Assembly: GCA_030141605.1 (NCBI GenBank)
Contig: JAQGDQ010000718.1
Coordinates: 41,328 to 105,327 of the forward strand
Reading direction: 5' to 3'
Length of the DNA: 64,000 nucleotides
Origin: Tubiluchus corallicola
Lineage: Eukaryota > Animalia > Priapulida
Numbering within the stretch: the stretch's first letter is position 1; every line of letters begins with the position of its first letter. Below the pieces are notes generated by a model that worked only from the letters and a program-made list of their open reading frames with translations, searched no databases and was not told the origin of the DNA. This document shows positions 59,361 through 64,000 of the stretch, in pieces. Position numbers and translations under genes: made by a program.

Positions 59361-59599
59361 ACGAACGGTATGTACAGTCAGTCGCTGGGTTCCAGTTGAC
59401 CTTTTAAGACATTTTATGAATGTTATAAAACTGAGGGTCGGCTATTGCGGCTACCTCCACGGTGGGACTGGGGAAGCTGAAATACAGAAAACGATGATTA
59501 TTAAAAAAACTCATTCAACAATTATGAACGATTACTGTCATGCTTGACTAAGCACGTCTGCATGATCTTATTTCCTGCATTTCTTCCTAAAAATTTTAA

Positions 59600-60245
59600 C
59601 TGTTTAAAATAAACCCGGACCCAATCTTAAACTGTGAGTCAAAACAATCTTCTCTTTAAAATATTGAAAGCAAACATGCTATTTTTTCAAAAATGACTTA
59701 CGTGAAAGAATTATTACCACACAAACACAATTTCATGTTTGCGCCACTAGTTCTTCACTGTTAAATGCATTTCGCCATTCGCTTGATAGACGGGCACTGG
59801 CTGCTGCATTTTGGATACGCATTGCACAAAAAAGGGGGTGCTGTACCTCTCAGTTCAGAGGTGTTTGTCTGTGACGTACTGCACGTGTTCGACAGCTCAT
59901 GCATACACAGCGGTAAATTTGAAATTTGATTTTTTATCTTAAAACTTGCCAGTTTTAAGTCCAAAATAGTTTTAGTCCAAAACACTGAATATCTTACAGT
60001 AGTACTGTACATCAATTTTCACTTTTCCAAACACGTTCAACACGCTCGTGGAATATTTTTGCTCTTGGAAATTATGTTAGTTTGTGATGTCATCAATGGT
60101 TGGGCTCGCCCCTCGTTAATTAAGATTTTAATCTATTATTTAATTCTCAGAAACGCTTTTGCAGTATTAATTGTGTTAAAGTGTATACTTTTTATCGGAT
60201 TTGAAAATAGGGGTAGCATATGAAAAATCATCCTGTTTTCCTTTA
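59600..60245 (+). mobile_element. MITE family M4, TTAA-ended
   Basis: Ends tcatcctgttttcct-ttaa; matches 25360-25975. Confidence 0.78.
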
Positions 60246-60474
60246 AAAACATGAAAAGGTCAATATCCGGCCTTGGATATGATAAAAAAAGTTTTTTTTT
60301 CATTTTGCTAAGTGCAAATAATATACAATCGGGTGCAAAAAAGCAACTGAACATATATATGATATAAAATAAGAATTCAAGCTTACGACACAAAATTAAG
60401 AATTTACATCTTGAATAATAAAGATGGTTTGTGCGTATATGTTTATGTGCTCCATGCAGATACTGGTGGCTTAA

Positions 60475-61250
60475 TTAAAGGATGGGAAGTAGGTTTCATA
60501 AAATATCTACTTATGTTATGTTACTTTATGGCAATTTCATGCATATCGTATATGCGTATATCGTACTCGCGTATATCGTACTCGCGTATATCGTATATGC
60601 ACATATCGTACTCGCGTATAGCGTATATGCGTATATCGTACTCGCGTATATCGTATATGCACATATCGTACTCGCGTATATCGTATATGCGTATATCGTA
60701 CTCGCTTTGAAAGGATTTTTTGTTTGTTTTCATTTAAAATCTCCTGTTCCGACCGCGCCATTGCATGACGTAAATCTAGGGAAGAAAAGGAAATGCTAAA
60801 CTATGTCCCGAAAAACTTTCCATGCAAAGTTATATTACTTAGCATTTCGCATCCCTGCTGGAAAGACTTGCGTAACTAGAAATCATAATAATTTAAAATG
60901 TTTTCAACAATTGGTAAAATGATGCTGACTCACCCTCCAGGGTGCGCCACTCACTAACCAAAAACGTATTTTTAATCTTATTGACAAGATACAGTAATTT
61001 AAAATTTTACTTCGCTAGTGACCGTGTGTGCTACGAATGCTCTGATTATTTTTTTCAAACTTTACTCAATGTTATCTAAACTTGTTTCAAATGACTCATT
61101 GTCAAAATGGCTATGCCTAGCGGTCATCGCACCATTATAAATTTACAACTTCTATACAGCGCTACTGCCGACGCAAGCCCTGCATGCAAAAAGGCAGTAC
61201 GTAAGTGGCATGAAATTTCTTAAGCTCTATGTAAGTGGAAGGTTTTCTTA
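60475..61250 (+). mobile_element. MITE family K3 with an internal 15-bp minisatellite expansion (60541-60705)
   Basis: Starts ttaaagga; the single atatcgtactcg of other copies is expanded about 11 times. Confidence 0.78.
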
Positions 61251-61615
61251 TGTTTTAAGCCACAGTGAATAAGGAAAGAGTGCAAAATGTAGGACATGCG
61301 CTGAAAATTTAGAAGTTTGAAGATAAAGGTTCGTTCACATCATTTACCTCTTCTCTGATTCACCATACTACTCATCTCCAATTCCTAAGTTAAAAAGCAG
61401 CATAAAAAGATATTTTTATTTTTTTTAAAAAACCTCCTCTAAGTCGATTTTAAAAAGTAAATTTTACGTTGCTTTGAGTTTAGCAATTTCCAACACATCA
61501 CCAAATTTGTCGAGATAACAGAGAAATTGATGTAGATAAAGATTGAATAATTGTGCACTTTAACATGCATGAAATAAGCCTTTTCACAGTTCAGTTGATT
61601 GATGATGATCGTGAA

Positions 61616-62165
61616 AAGGTCAAAGGTGAAATGTACCTGCAACTGTACCTGTAGTAGAAGTTTTAACAGTTAGCTAGAACCTTACCTAGTTCATGTTTTC
61701 TTATTCCCAAGCAAGATCCTCCTAGTAAAGTAACTAGTAAGCTACTAAACTGATGTGGCAGACGGCCTTGCTTTACCCACGTGTCACGTGACGGTTGTAA
61801 TAAAAACGCGTTGCTGCGGTACACTTAAGCTTTGACCTACACTTACACTTAAGCTTTGGTCAAAGGTCAAATGTACCTGACAACGCATTTGTGTACACTT
61901 GACAACGCCTCGCAGCCCACGCTATTGCAATAATAACAGTTTTAACAGTTAGCTAGAATCTTACCTAGTTCATTTTTTCTTGTTTCCAAGCAAGATCCTG
62001 CTAGTAAATCACTCTACACACAAACTAATGCATAATTAAGTAAAGTTCACACAAAACAACTAAAGTTACTGAACTGATGCGATAGACGGTTTTGCTTTAC
62101 ACACATATCACGTGGCGGTTGAAGTTAAGAGGCGCTGCTGTGGTACACTTAACCTTTGACCTACA
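61616..62165. repeat. Diverged tandem duplication, 2 copies
   Basis: ggtcaaagg..aaatgtacctg...gttttaacagttagctagaa.cttacctagttcat...cacttaa.ctttgacctaca occurs twice. Confidence 0.8.
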
Positions 62166-63666
62166 GCACAACGAAACCGTGAAAATGCTTATTACAAACC
62201 ATTAAAATGTATCTTAATGTTTACTAACTAAATAAAGGTTTTTAATCTTTTAATTAGCTATCACTGCATGTATCAAGTGAATAACAGTTGGAATAATACA
62301 GAATAATAAACCAGTGGTTGATTTTTCACTTGTTTCATATTGCAGACTTTATAGAGAAAGTTTATACTGTATCTCACTTAACTCTCGTCTGCCAGCGCTG
62401 AGGTGAAAAAGCGCCCCACGTTTTGCATCGTATATTAGTGTGCTTTGAAGACATCATCAATTGTCATTTTTACCTTTATTCAAATGCTATAGCAAACGCA
62501 AATGGTTTAACCTGTAATCAAATCCTAGTAGATCTGGTATTAATTACATTAATTACAATTAGTACTCTGTTCAAAGTGTTTTACATTTTAGCTATAGACT
62601 ACAAGCAAACAGAAGCGTGACAGTGTGACGTCATTTAAACACGAAAAAATACGTTTCTTCTTTAAACTTAAGGTGCATTGTCCCTGACAGTCAGACTGAC
62701 CAGTGAGACCAGCAGACGAGAGTTAAACGAAAATTATCACTGACACAGGCTGACATTTTCATCATGCATCGTTAGAAACATATTTCAAGATTGACGAAAC
62801 ACAACATTTACGACAAAGGGTAATAAAACTGATGATGTGCCAGGCAACGTTTAAAAGAAGTTACTCAGAATGACATTTTTAATAAAGAGACAAACAACGT
62901 ACATAGTTTTAATCGAATATTCAAAAAGGCAGCATGCACTGCCAGGTTATTTCTACAACTAGAGAAATACACTGGTGCGAATTGGTAATCTTGGACACAC
63001 ATACTGTATCTAAAAATGAACACCTACATCAGTATGTCATGAACTAGTGCGTCTAATGCCAAAACAAAGCTTTAGTGTTTCGCCAGACTGTGTGCTCTTA
63101 GACTTTAAGAACATATTGTGTAGCCGTGAAGACACGCGCCCCTCGGATCCAAGATGCGCCTACAAACGAATACAGCAAACTATTGATGATGTCATGCATG
63201 ACGTCAGTAGAGCAATGGTGATGCGTTTGTGATGTCACACGTGACGTCAGGCAGATATTAAAGACGTCATGCGCATCCACAAATGGGAATTTCATGTTAT
63301 AATGATACAATTGTTTATTGTGATATAATTATACGTAAAAATAAACAACCAGCTAGTTAGAACGGCACATTTCTTCACTTTTCAGCCCAAAAGCACAACA
63401 GCTTAATGGCGCAAAAGCAGCAGAACTAATAGCAAGAAATAAAATGGCAACAAACAGGCAACTAATTAGCTTAAATAAAAATAAAAAGCAACTATTGATT
63501 TAGAAAAGGTTAATTGAAAGCTGATCAGAAGGGATATATTCAGACTAACATCCAACAATAAAAACAACAGATAAAAGAGAAAATTTTACGGGTAGTTTTT
63601 AGAAAAAGTTATAAACTGAGAGTCAGCTCTGATATAAGAGTATGGGAGTCTAGAATTTAGATAAAA

Positions 63667-63845
63667 TACGGGGTGTCTCGTAAGTCACTACATACACGTT
63701 ACAGTTCCTAAAATTTTTTTTAACAAACAAAGAAAAATGTCTAAATATTGGCACAGATGAACTAAAACTTTGGGAATTCTTTCAGTGGAAAATTTAAAAA
63801 CGAAATCAGAAGTCAAAGTGCATAGGACTTTTGAGACACCCTGTA
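63667..63845. mobile_element. Tc1/mariner-type MITE
   Basis: TA-flanked TIRs ta-cggggtgtctcgtaagtc / gacttttgagacaccctg-ta. Confidence 0.8.
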
Positions 63846-64000
63846 GAACTCATCTCTGATATAGCCTAATATTTGATTGCATAAGTGCAGTTTCCAATCC
63901 AGTGTATAATGCTTCCAGAAAAAAAGTGTTAAGGATTAGGATATTGACCTGGACAAAATTCGTCAGTTGAAACCCCTTCTGACCACTTCAGTTAAGCTAA

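Noticed and set aside
57751-59547. Overlapping ORFs with LPGKVVP repeats
   Set aside because: Products of the 42-43-bp minisatellite, with constant frame changes.

Overview
AT-rich, repeat-saturated animal (probably invertebrate) genomic DNA; the species cannot be determined from the sequence. The only host gene I can support is a 10-coding-exon, + strand class B1 (secretin-family) GPCR, most like CRF/DH44 receptors, at 34407-51731. I assembled it by hand from GT-AG exons with consistent phases; it gives about 545 aa, or 554 aa with an alternative exon-2 donor. Everything else is mobile or repetitive DNA: two TSD-flanked SINEs with a 5S rRNA head (SINE3-type) and further 5S fragments, several families of TTAA-flanked Kolobok/T2-like MITEs, hAT- and Tc1/mariner-like MITEs, a solo LTR, truncated LINE RT fragments, a Penelope-like hammerhead motif, more than 15 minisatellite/satellite arrays and very large compound microsatellites. 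Most long ORFs in the supplied track are repeat artefacts. The most notable observations are (i) an inverted templated copy of the GPCR intron5/exon6 boundary inserted inside a MITE 23 kb upstream, (ii) the 5S-headed SINE family, (iii) satellites visibly born from TE parts, and (iv) an array of about 24 TCAAGGTCA nuclear-receptor motifs. All alignments were done by eye; no database searches were run.
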